Notes under the pieces: model-generated
The model's database searches: none
What the model was told of the DNA's origin: nothing
What the model saw: the letters and a program-made list of their open reading frames with translations, nothing else
Translations under genes and position numbers: made by a program
NCBI GenBank assembly: GCA_964608995.1
Contig: CAZSQS010000009.1
Location: 2,039-66,038, forward strand
Direction of reading: 5' to 3'
Origin: an uncultured Smithella sp.
GTDB lineage: Bacteria; Desulfobacterota; Syntrophia; Syntrophales; Smithellaceae
DNA length: 64,000 bases
Shown here: piece by piece, positions 47,184 through 56,670 of the stretch
Layout: the number at the start of each line of letters is the position of its first letter
Numbering within the stretch: position 1 is the first letter of the stretch

Positions 47184-48550
47184 AACTATTGATTGTGGAT
47201 GATGAAGAGGTTTCTCTCACCTCGGTGAAACGCGTTCTCAAGTGGCGGGGCATCGCCAATACTGAGCTTTGCGACAATGGCCGCGAGGCGATTCAAAAAA
47301 TCCGCAACGGCAATTTTGACATCGTGCTTTTAGATTTGCTGATGCCCGAAGTGGACGGCCTGCAGGTGCTGGAAGCTACCAAACCCTATTGCCCGGCGAC
47401 AGAGTTTATCATTCTCACAGCGGTTGATGACATCCCCACCACTGTGCGCGCCATGCGGGGCGGCGCTTGCGATTATCTGGTCAAGCCGGTGGACAATGAC
47501 CTTCTGCTTTTGTCCATCGAAAGAGCCTATGAACGAAAAAGCCTGCTGGCCGGGCTGTCCATCAGCGCGGGATGCGGGCAAAGCGAGATGTCTGAAGCCT
47601 TTTCGGATACCCTGACGCAAAATCCGCGGATGAAAGCGCTTCTGTCTTACGCCGAGATCATGGCCAAAAGCGGTAATCCCGTTTTAATTACCGGGGAATC
47701 CGGGACGGGAAAAGAATTCATGGCGCGCGGCATCCATCGCGCGGGCCCGTCACCCGGGGGGCCGTTTGTGGCGGTCAACGTCTCTGCCATTCCCGCGACG
47801 ATGTTTGAAAGTCAGTTTTTCGGTCACGTTCGGGGCGCCTTTACCGGAGCGGAGGCGCATCACCGGGGATTTTTTGAACAGGCGGACGGTGGCACCCTTT
47901 TTCTGGATGAAATCGGCGAGTTGCCCATCGAGTTGCAATCAAAGCTTCTGCGCGTGCTGGAAGACAAAACGTTTACGCCTCTGGGATCGCAAACGCCTGT
48001 GCGGGTTGAGGTGCGTCTGGTTTCGGCCACCAACACCAATCTGGATGAGGCCTGCCGGGAGGGTAAATTTCGCCTCGACCTGCTGTATCGCCTGAAGTCC
48101 GCGTATATTGCCCTGCCGCCGCTTCGCGAGCGGTCGGGCGATGTTGCGCTTCTGGCCGAACATTTTCTGAAAATGGCCTCGGCCCGCCATGCAAAAAATA
48201 TTTCCGGCATCACACCTGAGGCCAGAGAGCAACTGATGCGGAAAGATTATCCCGGAAATATCCGAGAGCTTGCGCAAATTATTGAAAATGCTGTTTTATT
48301 GACAAGCAGCCCGATGATATCGCCTTGCGATCTGGGAGGGGCGTCCGCGTCGGATGCCCTCGTGTTCCCCGCCAGCCGACGCTTGTGTTCACTCAAGGAA
48401 AACGACATCGACCACGTCTTGTTTGTGCTAAACACCACTGGGGGCAACCGCCGGGAAACGGCCGGCATTTTGGGCATTACGCTTCGGCAGCTGCAACGCA
48501 AACTGGCCGATATCAGGCAGGCCCCGTCCGCAACCGAAACCGATGATTAA
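47180..48550 (+). CDS. sigma54-dependent response regulator (NtrC family)
   Basis: REC domain with VLLDLLMPEVDG, an AAA+ domain with GESGTGKE and the sigma54-contact motif GAFTGA, and a C-terminal Fis-type HTH (ETAGILGITLRQLQRKL). There is an ATGA overlap with the kinase. Confidence 0.9.
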   Translation: MKLLIVDDEEVSLTSVKRVLKWRGIANTELCDNGREAIQKIRNGNFDIVLLDLLMPEVDGLQVLEATKPYCPATEFIILTAVDDIPTTVRAMRGGACDYLVKPVDNDLLLLSIERAYERKSLLAGLSISAGCGQSEMSEAFSDTLTQNPRMKALLSYAEIMAKSGNPVLITGESGTGKEFMARGIHRAGPSPGGPFVAVNVSAIPATMFESQFFGHVRGAFTGAEAHHRGFFEQADGGTLFLDEIGELPIELQSKLLRVLEDKTFTPLGSQTPVRVEVRLVSATNTNLDEACREGKFRLDLLYRLKSAYIALPPLRERSGDVALLAEHFLKMASARHAKNISGITPEAREQLMRKDYPGNIRELAQIIENAVLLTSSPMISPCDLGGASASDALVFPASRRLCSLKENDIDHVLFVLNTTGGNRRETAGILGITLRQLQRKLADIRQAPSATETDD

Positions 48551-48728
48551 ATAAACGGGTTATCGCGCGTCATCGCCAGCGCCAAATTTCTCCAAATTTT
48601 GTAGATTGTATTACATTGTCTGGGAATAGCGGTTCGCCGTCGTCGATCCTGTCCCCGATCTATTGCAATATCATCCATTATTCCAGTAATTTATAATTTT
48701 ATTCCCAATTTATCATTTTCAAGAGCTG

Positions 48729-48744
48729 CGGCATAGCCATTGCT
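48729..48744 (+). promoter_or_regulatory. candidate sigma54 promoter upstream of the hemerythrin gene
   Basis: cGGCAT-agcca-TTGCTa has the correct GG-N10-GC spacing and a conserved TTGC -12 element. It lies 114 nt upstream of ATG 48858 and immediately downstream of the sigma54 activator gene. Confidence 0.45.
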
Positions 48745-48857
48745 AATAAATGTTTCGTTAACAGGCCGTGCTTGAAAGCGGATATTCATTTCTTGATAAC
48801 GCGCAAACGTCTGGATTCGGACTTATAACGGAACTTATTTATCAAAAGGACAATCTC

Positions 48858-49334
48858 ATGGAAAACAATTCCCGATTGATCTGGCAGCAGCGATACAGCG
48901 CGAATATTGAATTTCTCGATGCGCAACACAAAAAGCTTTTTAGCATTATCAATCAAAACATCAGCATCCTGGAAAACAAAACTGAGAAATATCTGCCTGT
49001 TTTTAAGGGGCTGATCGACTATCTGTCCGTCGATTTTCATGAAGAGCATTTGGTGATGCTGGAGACGCAATATCCTGATTTTCCAAATCATATTCGGGAG
49101 CACATGAGATTTACCGAGAAAATCAGCCAGTTTTTAAACGATTACGCGGACGGGGATGTCAATCTGGGCGCTCGCCTCAATAATGAACTCAAAAACTGGA
49201 TTCGCGAGCACGCGCTGGGAATGGATCTGAAACTGGGCGAGTTTCTGACTTCACATCCGGAAAAATTGAAGAAAGCGGAACAATACATCAAGAAATTTGA
49301 AAATACGCCTTATCTTTACGTGGTTAATGGATAG
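48858..49334 (+). CDS. hemerythrin-like metal-binding protein (bacteriohemerythrin)
   Basis: Has the characteristic His/Glu ligand pattern: IEFLDAQHKKLF, DFHEEHLVM, IREHMRF, WIREHALGMD. I moved the start from GTG 48768 to ATG 48858. Confidence 0.8.
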   Translation: MENNSRLIWQQRYSANIEFLDAQHKKLFSIINQNISILENKTEKYLPVFKGLIDYLSVDFHEEHLVMLETQYPDFPNHIREHMRFTEKISQFLNDYADGDVNLGARLNNELKNWIREHALGMDLKLGEFLTSHPEKLKKAEQYIKKFENTPYLYVVNG

Positions 49335-49414
49335 GGTTGACGTTTGCCAACGCCGCTTGAACCTGTCAAAAATACGCTTGATAAAAGCGTGCGGGTATTC
49401 TAGAGACACAAAAA

Positions 49415-49684
49415 ATGATTAAGGTTTGTGAAATGACAACGAAACTGCATCTGGAATATCCGTGCCTGTGGACGTATAAAATTATCGGTCCGGACAGTGC
49501 CGCCATGCAAAATGCCGTAGAAGGGATTATCAGGGACCGTCCCTGCAATATCTCTTTTTCCCGCCAAAGTGAAACCGCCAAATATTGCAGTTTGAATGTA
49601 GAGCTCTCTGTCGAGAGCGAATCCCATAGACTCTCCGTATATGAAGCGCTCCGATCCCATCCGTCCATCAAGCTGGTTTTGTAG
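49415..49684 (+). CDS. YbeD/DUF493-like small protein
   Basis: 89 aa. The segment LEYPCLWTYKIIG and the overall beta-alpha-beta length resemble the YbeD family. This assignment is from memory. Confidence 0.45.
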   Translation: MIKVCEMTTKLHLEYPCLWTYKIIGPDSAAMQNAVEGIIRDRPCNISFSRQSETAKYCSLNVELSVESESHRLSVYEALRSHPSIKLVL

Positions 49685-49798
49685 CCTGAAAAGGGAATCC
49701 GTCTTTTCGCGACGCGACCCTTTCGCTGATAATGATTTATTATTCTGATGCGCCGCTAAAGACAGGGTGCGATGATTTGACTTAAAGGGAGTTGACCG

Positions 49799-50131
49799 AT
49801 GCAGCTTCTCATCAAGATTGGGCTTAGTCTGATCATTATTGTTGCCGCAACGTCAGTAGGCAGAAAATGGCCTTCCGCCGCCGGTCTGATAGGCGTGATG
49901 CCGCTTACAGGCGCTTTGGTCATGGTCTGGATGTATCTGGAAAACAAAGGCGATGACCAAATCATGCAAGGGTTTGCCAAAGGGGCTCTCTGGGGAATTC
50001 TTCCCAGCCTTCTGTTCTTCCTTGTGGCCCTTTTTTGCTTTAAAAAACAGCTTCCGCTGCCGGTGGTTCTGATTTCAAGTTTTGGCATCTGGTTGTTGGC
50101 GGCAGCCGTTCATCAGTGGGCGCTGAAATAG
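49799..50131 (+). CDS. small integral membrane protein (about 4 TM)
   Basis: 110 aa, almost entirely hydrophobic helices. No motif recognised. Confidence 0.5.
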   Translation: MQLLIKIGLSLIIIVAATSVGRKWPSAAGLIGVMPLTGALVMVWMYLENKGDDQIMQGFAKGALWGILPSLLFFLVALFCFKKQLPLPVVLISSFGIWLLAAAVHQWALK

Positions 50132-50177
50132 ACGGTCATTGATTGAAGATCAGACCGGTGCCTTTTTGTTGATGCGT

Positions 50178-50807
50178 TCACTCTTTGTTTTGCATTGCTG
50201 CGGGTGGTCCCCAGCGCAATATTTTTGTTCGCCGGACGACTTCATTGTAGAGTATCAGCAAGGGGTGAGCTTTGTCTTCGCCTTCGAGAAGGGCGATGGC
50301 CGCTGCAATCGCCTCGATGGTGGACAGGCCGTCCTCCCGGCGCTGCTGGCGCAGCCGATCTCTTTGCGAAAGTGGCGCAGGTAACACAAGTTTGGGCAGG
50401 CTCTGGAGAAAAGCCATCCGGCGATACAAGCGTCTGGCCTGATGCCATGTGGCATCGAGGACAATAATCGAGCTCGGCGGCGTTGAATTGTAAAACGCCT
50501 GGGAGGTTTCTCCGTCCGGCCATAAAAGCCAGGTGCCCGGCCTGCCCAGGCGCGCCTCGTCGATGGCCGCCTCTCCAATGCGCACACCTCCCCCGCAGTC
50601 CACAAGCTCCGCGTTGGGCATGGCCAGCGCCGCCAGACGACCGGTGTTGCTGGGCCGGCCTGCCTCCCGAATGTGTCGCAGAATGTAAACTTGCGTGCGC
50701 GTCGGTACCGTGGGCAGAATTGGACAGACGCAGATCGTCCGTCGAAGCCCGCATATCCGGCAATCGTGCAGCGTCTGCTTTAGTCTATCGGCGCGCATTG
50801 CGAACAC
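50178..50807 (-). CDS. DTW-domain protein (tRNA acp3U aminocarboxypropyltransferase family)
   Basis: Has an N-terminal Cys cluster CRICGLRRTICVCP and the motif VLDATWHQARRL, a DTW variant. Confidence 0.7.
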   Translation of the reverse strand: MFAMRADRLKQTLHDCRICGLRRTICVCPILPTVPTRTQVYILRHIREAGRPSNTGRLAALAMPNAELVDCGGGVRIGEAAIDEARLGRPGTWLLWPDGETSQAFYNSTPPSSIIVLDATWHQARRLYRRMAFLQSLPKLVLPAPLSQRDRLRQQRREDGLSTIEAIAAAIALLEGEDKAHPLLILYNEVVRRTKILRWGPPAAMQNKE

Positions 50808-50902
50808 CTCTTTCTGTCATTTTGAATGATCCTGTTGACATTTATTCCCAATAGACTATCATCGCGATTATCAGCATATCAATTTTTTTTGGAGGTGTTG
50901 TC

Positions 50903-51142
50903 ATGGCGTTGAAAGAATGCGCAAGCTGTGGATACAAATCCGACGTTCCGTTTGAAAATGATGTCTGTCCTGCCTGCGGTTATACGTTCTGGCAATGCCG
51001 GGAATGCGGTTTCATTTTGAAAGCGCTCACGATTCCGGATCAATGCCCCTCCTGCTTTAAAAAATGCGAATTTAAAAATGTCACCTGTTACACGCCGGAG
51101 TGCGGCGGCCCGGCCGGGATTGATCCGAAGCTGACGAAATAA
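50903..51142 (+). CDS. small Cys-rich rubredoxin-like zinc-ribbon protein
   Basis: 79 aa with four CxxC pairs (CASCG, CPACG, CRECG, CPSC) plus CEFKNVTCYTPECGG. RBS ggaggtg. Confidence 0.6.
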   Translation: MALKECASCGYKSDVPFENDVCPACGYTFWQCRECGFILKALTIPDQCPSCFKKCEFKNVTCYTPECGGPAGIDPKLTK

Positions 51143-51211
51143 GACGTCGTGTTCGGGTGAGTATCTTCAAGACGGCTTCATGGGTGGCAGCGGTGAATGG
51201 CCGGTTCGGCC

Positions 51212-51805
51212 CTATTCCGGCTGAGTCGGCTTGTCCTCGCTTTTGCCGTATTGCCGGATATTGGCGCGGTGATTGAACACAATGAGCGCAAAAACCGCCA
51301 TTGCGCCGACGGAGGCCGGAAGCGCCCATTGCACGATTTGCGCCTGCCCCAGAGAAAGCGCGGCCACCATAAAAAAAGACGCGATAAACGGCGTGCGCTT
51401 CACGCCGTAAGCCAAAAGCCAGATAATGGCAGCAATCAGCGCCGCCCAGGGCGCAACCAGCAGGGTAAACCCCAGATAATTGGCCACGCCCTTGCCGCCT
51501 TTAAAACCATGAAAACAGGGGAAGGTGTTGCCCAGCACCAGAAAAAATGCGGCCCAGACCACCTGTGGGGCGTCCAGAAAATTTGCTCCAAGCGCCGCCA
51601 CCCCCACGGCACGCCCGATATCGAGCAGAAAAACGACCACCGCCCAGGGGAGGCCTGCCAGACGATATACATTTGTTGTTCCGGCGTTGCCGCTGAAACT
51701 CAGGCGCGGATCGGCCTTTCCGGCAATTTTAAAAAACACGATGGCAAAGTTGACCGAGCCGATCAGGTAGGCGCTGATGGCTATGATGATGACCGGAATG
51801 TCCAT
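51212..51805 (-). CDS. plsY: acyl-phosphate:glycerol-3-phosphate acyltransferase
   Basis: 197 aa with a multi-TM layout and PlsY motifs (YLIGSVNFAIV, SGNAGTTNVYR, FKGGKGVA). It is the last gene of the lipid cluster and its start overlaps the upstream ORF by 25 nt. Confidence 0.85.
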   Translation of the reverse strand: MDIPVIIIAISAYLIGSVNFAIVFFKIAGKADPRLSFSGNAGTTNVYRLAGLPWAVVVFLLDIGRAVGVAALGANFLDAPQVVWAAFFLVLGNTFPCFHGFKGGKGVANYLGFTLLVAPWAALIAAIIWLLAYGVKRTPFIASFFMVAALSLGQAQIVQWALPASVGAMAVFALIVFNHRANIRQYGKSEDKPTQPE

Positions 51806-52665
51806 GAGTGGTCCTTAATCCATTGGGGTGGCCGGATGCGTCCCTGCGTGACATCGCGCATTTGCAGGCCGTGAATCGTTTCGCATATTACACCCGATTG
51901 ATCATAAATCCACGCGTCAAAACGAAACGGTTCAAGGCTGACCCCCACCGGGACGACGCGCGCCAGATACGATTGACCCTTGCGCGTGGGCTTGTGAACC
52001 ATCCGTTTATCTACGCCGACAGGGAAGGGAACAATGCCTTTAAAGCGCTGAGACCATACGCAGGCCGCATGCATGGCCGCATCCAGCACAAAGGGCGATC
52101 CCAGCACCGTATCGTCGGCATCACCCGCGCCGCCGGAAATCTCTGCGATCGCGCCTGCTTCCGAGACGGCCAGATCGCCCAGAATGTTTCGGAACGCCGG
52201 GCCAAACGGAATCAGTTCACGGTAAATGGACTGCGCCGGCACGCCGATGCAGGGGCCATCCATTTTTTGCGCATCCCGAAAGGACGGGGAAGTCTCCGGA
52301 AGCGCCGAGGCCTTCCCGAAGGTGGCGCGCGCATGTTCGAGTTTTCGCGAGATACCTGCGGCTTGAAGGCGGACCGTGGTGGAAAGCGATGCGCGGATGC
52401 CCTGCTCGAGTCGCTCGATGTCGATCTGGACCTCAATGCGATTGGCCTCGGGCGAAAGAGCGAGCAGGCGGGAAAAGGAAGCGTCTGTCATGTGCGTGAC
52501 ATCGGTTTCACGCCAGGCGTCCCGAATGGCGCGTGCCAGCAAAATCATCGTTTCCACCGCGGGAAAGACCGCCCGGCCCTCGAAAAAATGATCGCGCAGA
52601 TAGGGCTGGATATCGAGAATGCGGCAAACGCGGCTTTTCACATTTTGTCCGGGAAGGTTCGCCAT
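51781..52665 (-). CDS. stand-alone PKS-type dehydratase (double hot-dog) protein
   Basis: 294 aa. The N-terminal motif LRDHFFEGRAVFP fits the polyketide-synthase DH signature HxxxGxxxxP. Confidence 0.6.
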   Translation of the reverse strand: MANLPGQNVKSRVCRILDIQPYLRDHFFEGRAVFPAVETMILLARAIRDAWRETDVTHMTDASFSRLLALSPEANRIEVQIDIERLEQGIRASLSTTVRLQAAGISRKLEHARATFGKASALPETSPSFRDAQKMDGPCIGVPAQSIYRELIPFGPAFRNILGDLAVSEAGAIAEISGGAGDADDTVLGSPFVLDAAMHAACVWSQRFKGIVPFPVGVDKRMVHKPTRKGQSYLARVVPVGVSLEPFRFDAWIYDQSGVICETIHGLQMRDVTQGRIRPPQWIKDHSWTFRSSS

Positions 52666-53123
52666 AGCTCAACCGTTTTGGGATCCACCGCCACCGGCTT
52701 TCCCGCCGCATTGGCTGCGCAGTGACGCGTGTAGCCGGTGCAGACGAGATAGCCTTGTTGCGCGTGGGTAATCACGTAATCAAATTGCAGACGCACGCGC
52801 TCGAGATTGACCGGCCGGGTGTGAATGGCCATGACATCATCATAAAACAATGACTGGTAGAACGTCATGCCCAGATCAATAATCGGATACACATAGCCGC
52901 TTTCTTCAATCTGCTTGTAGGAGTAGGCCACATCGCGCATCAGCGACGTGCGTCCGAATTCAAAGTAGCGCAGATAATTGGAATGATACACCACTTGCGA
53001 GCGGTCCGTGTCGGCATACAGCACGCGGTAATGGGCCCGGTGCCAGATCAGGCCGGTGGTCGCATCCCGGACATAGCGCTCGTCGGCCGAATAGATTTCA
53101 GGCAAAAAAGGTTTGGGCTTCAT
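52638..53123 (-). CDS. 4HBT/YbgC-type acyl-CoA (or acyl-ACP) thioesterase
   Basis: 161 aa hot-dog protein. The segment VLYADTDRSQVVYHSNYLRYFE is the typical catalytic Asp region of the family. Confidence 0.75.
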   Translation of the reverse strand: MKPKPFLPEIYSADERYVRDATTGLIWHRAHYRVLYADTDRSQVVYHSNYLRYFEFGRTSLMRDVAYSYKQIEESGYVYPIIDLGMTFYQSLFYDDVMAIHTRPVNLERVRLQFDYVITHAQQGYLVCTGYTRHCAANAAGKPVAVDPKTVELWRTFPDKM

Positions 53124-53124
53124 C

Positions 53125-54390
53125 CTAGACTCCTCGAAAGATCACACAGCAGTTTGTCCCGCCAAAGCCGAAGGCGTTGGATAAAACAAGTTCCACTTTC
53201 TGCTTGCGCGGCGTATTGGGCACGACATCAATATCGGAAAGCTCCGGATCGGGAAGATAATTAATGGTGGGCAGCACGATGCCCTGCCGCATGCCTTCGA
53301 TCGAGAGCGCCGCTTCGATGGCGGCCGTAGCGCCCAGCGTATGGCCGAGTTGTGATTTGTTGGACGATACGGGGATCTTTTCGAGCGACTTTCCGAAGAC
53401 CTCGCGCAGGCACTTGATTTCGGTGCGGTCCCCCTTGGGGGTGGAGGTGCCGTGCGCGTTGATATACGAAATGTCTGAGGGCTGCAATTCCGCGTCGGCC
53501 AGTGTTTCGCGGATTGCCCGGATGATCGTCGGGGGATTGGGGCTTGTGTAGTGGTGCGCATCGGACGTCCAGCCGATGCCCATCACTTCGGCGCGCGGCG
53601 TGAGCCCGTGCGCCGAAATCGCTTCCTCGGCGGCCAAAACGACCACGCCTGCGCCTTCGGAAAGCACAAACCCTTTGCGGTCTGAGCTGAACGGGCGCGA
53701 GGCCTGCCCCGGATCAGTGCAGGCACGGTCGCCGGGATGGACTTTAATCGTCGCGTTCATATTGGCAAAGCCGTGAATGAGCTCTGGCAGAATCGGCGCA
53801 TCCGCGCCGCCGGCCAAAACAAAATCGCAGTCTCCGTCGCGGATCATGCGCGCGCCGATGCCAATGGCGTAATTGCCGGAGGCACAGGCGCCCTGCGGCG
53901 AAAAGATAGGGCCGGTGAATTTCAGAAGCATGCCCGCCTTTCCCGCCGGAAGATTAGCGCACAGATTTGGCAGAAGATAGGGACTCACGCGCAGGGGTCC
54001 CCGGTGCTCCAGATCATGGACAGCGATGCGATAGGCATCCGACCCGTTGAGCGCCGACCCGATCAGGCAGGCGGTGCGCGGTGCGGTTTTGTCGTCCATC
54101 ACCATGCCGGCGTTGGTGAGCGCATCGCGGCAAACCGCCATGGTCAAAAGGACAAACGACGCATTCCAGTTATAGACTTCTTTGGCATCGGCAAAATCCA
54201 GTTCCATGGGAAACCAGTCGGGAATTTCGCCCACGATGTTGCAGGCGGATTCGACCTTGCAGCGCGTGACTTTGCGAAAACCCGCTTCGCCCTTAATGGC
54301 GCGCGCCCACGTTTTTTCAAACGTGGCGCCCAGCGGCGTGGCCGCTGCATAGCCGACCACAAAGACTCTGCGGTTTTGGGGTGCTTTCAT
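53125..54390 (-). CDS. beta-ketoacyl-ACP synthase (KAS I/II-like), copy 2
   Basis: Has an intact Cys-His-His triad: GACASGN, NAHGTSTPKGD, SNKSQLGHTLGA. I moved the start to ATG 54390 (MKAPQNRRVFVVGY). Confidence 0.85.
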   Translation of the reverse strand: MKAPQNRRVFVVGYAAATPLGATFEKTWARAIKGEAGFRKVTRCKVESACNIVGEIPDWFPMELDFADAKEVYNWNASFVLLTMAVCRDALTNAGMVMDDKTAPRTACLIGSALNGSDAYRIAVHDLEHRGPLRVSPYLLPNLCANLPAGKAGMLLKFTGPIFSPQGACASGNYAIGIGARMIRDGDCDFVLAGGADAPILPELIHGFANMNATIKVHPGDRACTDPGQASRPFSSDRKGFVLSEGAGVVVLAAEEAISAHGLTPRAEVMGIGWTSDAHHYTSPNPPTIIRAIRETLADAELQPSDISYINAHGTSTPKGDRTEIKCLREVFGKSLEKIPVSSNKSQLGHTLGATAAIEAALSIEGMRQGIVLPTINYLPDPELSDIDVVPNTPRKQKVELVLSNAFGFGGTNCCVIFRGV

Positions 54391-54407
54391 GAAAAAAACC
54401 TTTCTTG

Positions 54408-55655
54408 TTATGCGATGCGCCGCAAAAGGAGGCAGGCGTTGCATCCCCCGAATCCAAACGCGTTTTTAAGAACAAATTCTTGCTTGACCGCCCGGGCGGC
54501 ATTCGGGACGCAATCGAGTGTAATGGCCGGGTCCGGCTCGTAATTCATCGTCGGCAGAAGCGTATCGCGCAGCATGCCTTCCATGGCCAGAATGGTTTCA
54601 ATCGCGGAGGAAGCGCCCATGGCATGCCCGATTTGTGACTTGTTGGCACAGACGGGTGGAACGGCGCGGCCAAAAATATGGCTAAGCGCGTCCGCCTCCA
54701 CCTTGTCGCCGACTTTGGTGGAGGTGGCATGTGCGTTGACGGCTGAAATATCGCCAGGCTGTATGCCCGCCGAGCCAATGGCCAGTTCCATGCAGCGCGA
54801 GACGGTGGGCAGATTCGGCGCGACAAAATGGCTGGCGTCCGAGGTGCTGCTAGATCCGGCCAAAGCGATTTTAGCGAAAAGCCCATGCGCGCGGGCGAAA
54901 TCCGGCGAGGACAGGATCACCGCGCCTGCGCCTTCTGAAACAACAAAACCGCGCCGGGAGATTGAAAAAGGCCGGCTGGCTTTTGAAGGCGGCTCATGCG
55001 GTTGCCCTTCTTTGGGACGATACGCGCCGTTCATGGTGGCAAAACCCGCCACTATCGGTTCAACCAGCGGAAAATCCACCGCGCCGGCAATCACCACATC
55101 CGCAAGATGCTGCTTGATCAGCAGATCGCCAATCATCATCGACGTCGCGCCGGTGGCGCAGGCGGTAATGGTGGACACAATGGGGCCGGTGGCTTTCGTC
55201 AGAATCGAAACCTTGCCGCCGACCATATTGATGCAGGAGTTGGGATTGGCAAACGGATGCGGCAGTTTGTTTTCAACCATCAGCTGGCGGTCCGCTTTTA
55301 AAATGGCATCGAGCCCCCCCACGGCCGAGCTGAACGTGATGGCGACGCGCGGTGCAATCTCCGGTGTAATCTCCAGTCCGGCCTTTAAAAGCGCGCGATG
55401 CACCACTAAAAGGGCGTGCTTGAAAATGGGCGAACTCCAGTGCGCCATCTCTCTGGACTGTAAAAATGGATAGGGCTGAATATCAAAGTCATCCACCTGG
55501 CCTGCCTCGGAAACGGGAAAATCCGGCGGCAGCGAAAAGCGCGTAAGCCTGCCCAGGCCGCTTTCCCCGCGGACGGCCCGCTGCCACTGGGTTTCCAAGT
55601 CGGTCCCCAGACAGGAGACCATATCATAGCCTAAAATCAGTGTTGAACCGGACAC
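54408..55655 (-). CDS. beta-ketoacyl-ACP synthase (KAS I/II-like), copy 1
   Basis: 415 aa with an intact triad: TACATGA, NAHATSTKVGD, ANKSQIGHAMGA. Confidence 0.85.
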   Translation of the reverse strand: MSGSTLILGYDMVSCLGTDLETQWQRAVRGESGLGRLTRFSLPPDFPVSEAGQVDDFDIQPYPFLQSREMAHWSSPIFKHALLVVHRALLKAGLEITPEIAPRVAITFSSAVGGLDAILKADRQLMVENKLPHPFANPNSCINMVGGKVSILTKATGPIVSTITACATGATSMMIGDLLIKQHLADVVIAGAVDFPLVEPIVAGFATMNGAYRPKEGQPHEPPSKASRPFSISRRGFVVSEGAGAVILSSPDFARAHGLFAKIALAGSSSTSDASHFVAPNLPTVSRCMELAIGSAGIQPGDISAVNAHATSTKVGDKVEADALSHIFGRAVPPVCANKSQIGHAMGASSAIETILAMEGMLRDTLLPTMNYEPDPAITLDCVPNAARAVKQEFVLKNAFGFGGCNACLLLRRIA

Positions 55656-55662
55656 GACATAC

Positions 55663-56664
55663 CTACCAGGGGATTAAACGATAGAGTTTGGCGAACATTT
55701 CATAGACTTCAATCCAGTTTTGAAAATCCTCGGTGCTGTTCATATGCGCGCGTTTGTTGACCATAATCCAGCTCATGTGCGCCGCGCCGTCCTTGCAGGT
55801 GGCGCAGTCGCGCGTGGCGGACGTGCAACAGCGGTGAACGGTTTTCAAATCCGCCGCCCAGCGGTAAAAACGGATCAACCGTCGCACGGGCGGCTGGCGG
55901 TTGTCCAGAGACTCGGTGACGGAGGGGCATTCCTTCCAGCCGAATTGCCTGCCCAGCATGACGCCGCTGGTGATGACCTGATGGTAGTATTTGCTGGAGA
56001 TCACCGCCTGAGGATAGGCGTCGAGCACCTCGTCCATTTCATAGCGCAGGTCGCGCAGTTCTTCGGGCCGCCAGGAAAAGCCGTCCACGCTCTCGTCGTT
56101 GGATAAAAGCTGGAGGTGCACCTTGAGCCCGTTGTCGTTGATGCGCCGGATGACCGGTTCAATCTTGCCCACCTGCTTGGGCGTGACGGTGTAGAGATAA
56201 TACGTGTAGGGGTCGCCTTCGTAGTTTTTGCTGGAGATGGCAAACGCGTCTTTGCCGCGCAGAACTTTTTCGTCCTCGCTGTTACCCCACAGCGAGATGC
56301 CCACCATCATGTCCGGGAACTTGTCGCGCGGCACCTTGATGAGGCCGTTGGTGGCGCAATACGTGGGGACTCTCGAATAAAACGCTTCCAGACGGTCCAT
56401 GCACAGCGTCGGTTCGCCGCCGATGAGAATGGCCAGATTCACGCCGCGCGCTTTTTCTTTGTCAATAAAGGCTTCCCATTTGCGGATGTCCATTTCTTCC
56501 GTGACGTGATGCTCGCCGGAGGAGAAAAAGAAACAGCCCTTGCAGCGCAGGTTGCAGCGGTTGGTGACATCATAGATGGAGCTGCGGATGTTGAGATTGG
56601 CGATGCGCCGGTAGCGTATCTGCCAGGCATCATCCAGCAGGGCACTGATCGTTTTCATGTTCAC
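55663..56664 (-). CDS. radical SAM enzyme (paralog B)
   Basis: 333 aa with the motif YDVTNRCNLRCKGCFF (CX3CX2C) and a C-terminal Cys cluster HRCCTSATRDCATC. Confidence 0.8.
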   Translation of the reverse strand: MNMKTISALLDDAWQIRYRRIANLNIRSSIYDVTNRCNLRCKGCFFFSSGEHHVTEEMDIRKWEAFIDKEKARGVNLAILIGGEPTLCMDRLEAFYSRVPTYCATNGLIKVPRDKFPDMMVGISLWGNSEDEKVLRGKDAFAISSKNYEGDPYTYYLYTVTPKQVGKIEPVIRRINDNGLKVHLQLLSNDESVDGFSWRPEELRDLRYEMDEVLDAYPQAVISSKYYHQVITSGVMLGRQFGWKECPSVTESLDNRQPPVRRLIRFYRWAADLKTVHRCCTSATRDCATCKDGAAHMSWIMVNKRAHMNSTEDFQNWIEVYEMFAKLYRLIPW

Positions 56665-56670
56665 GTCCTT

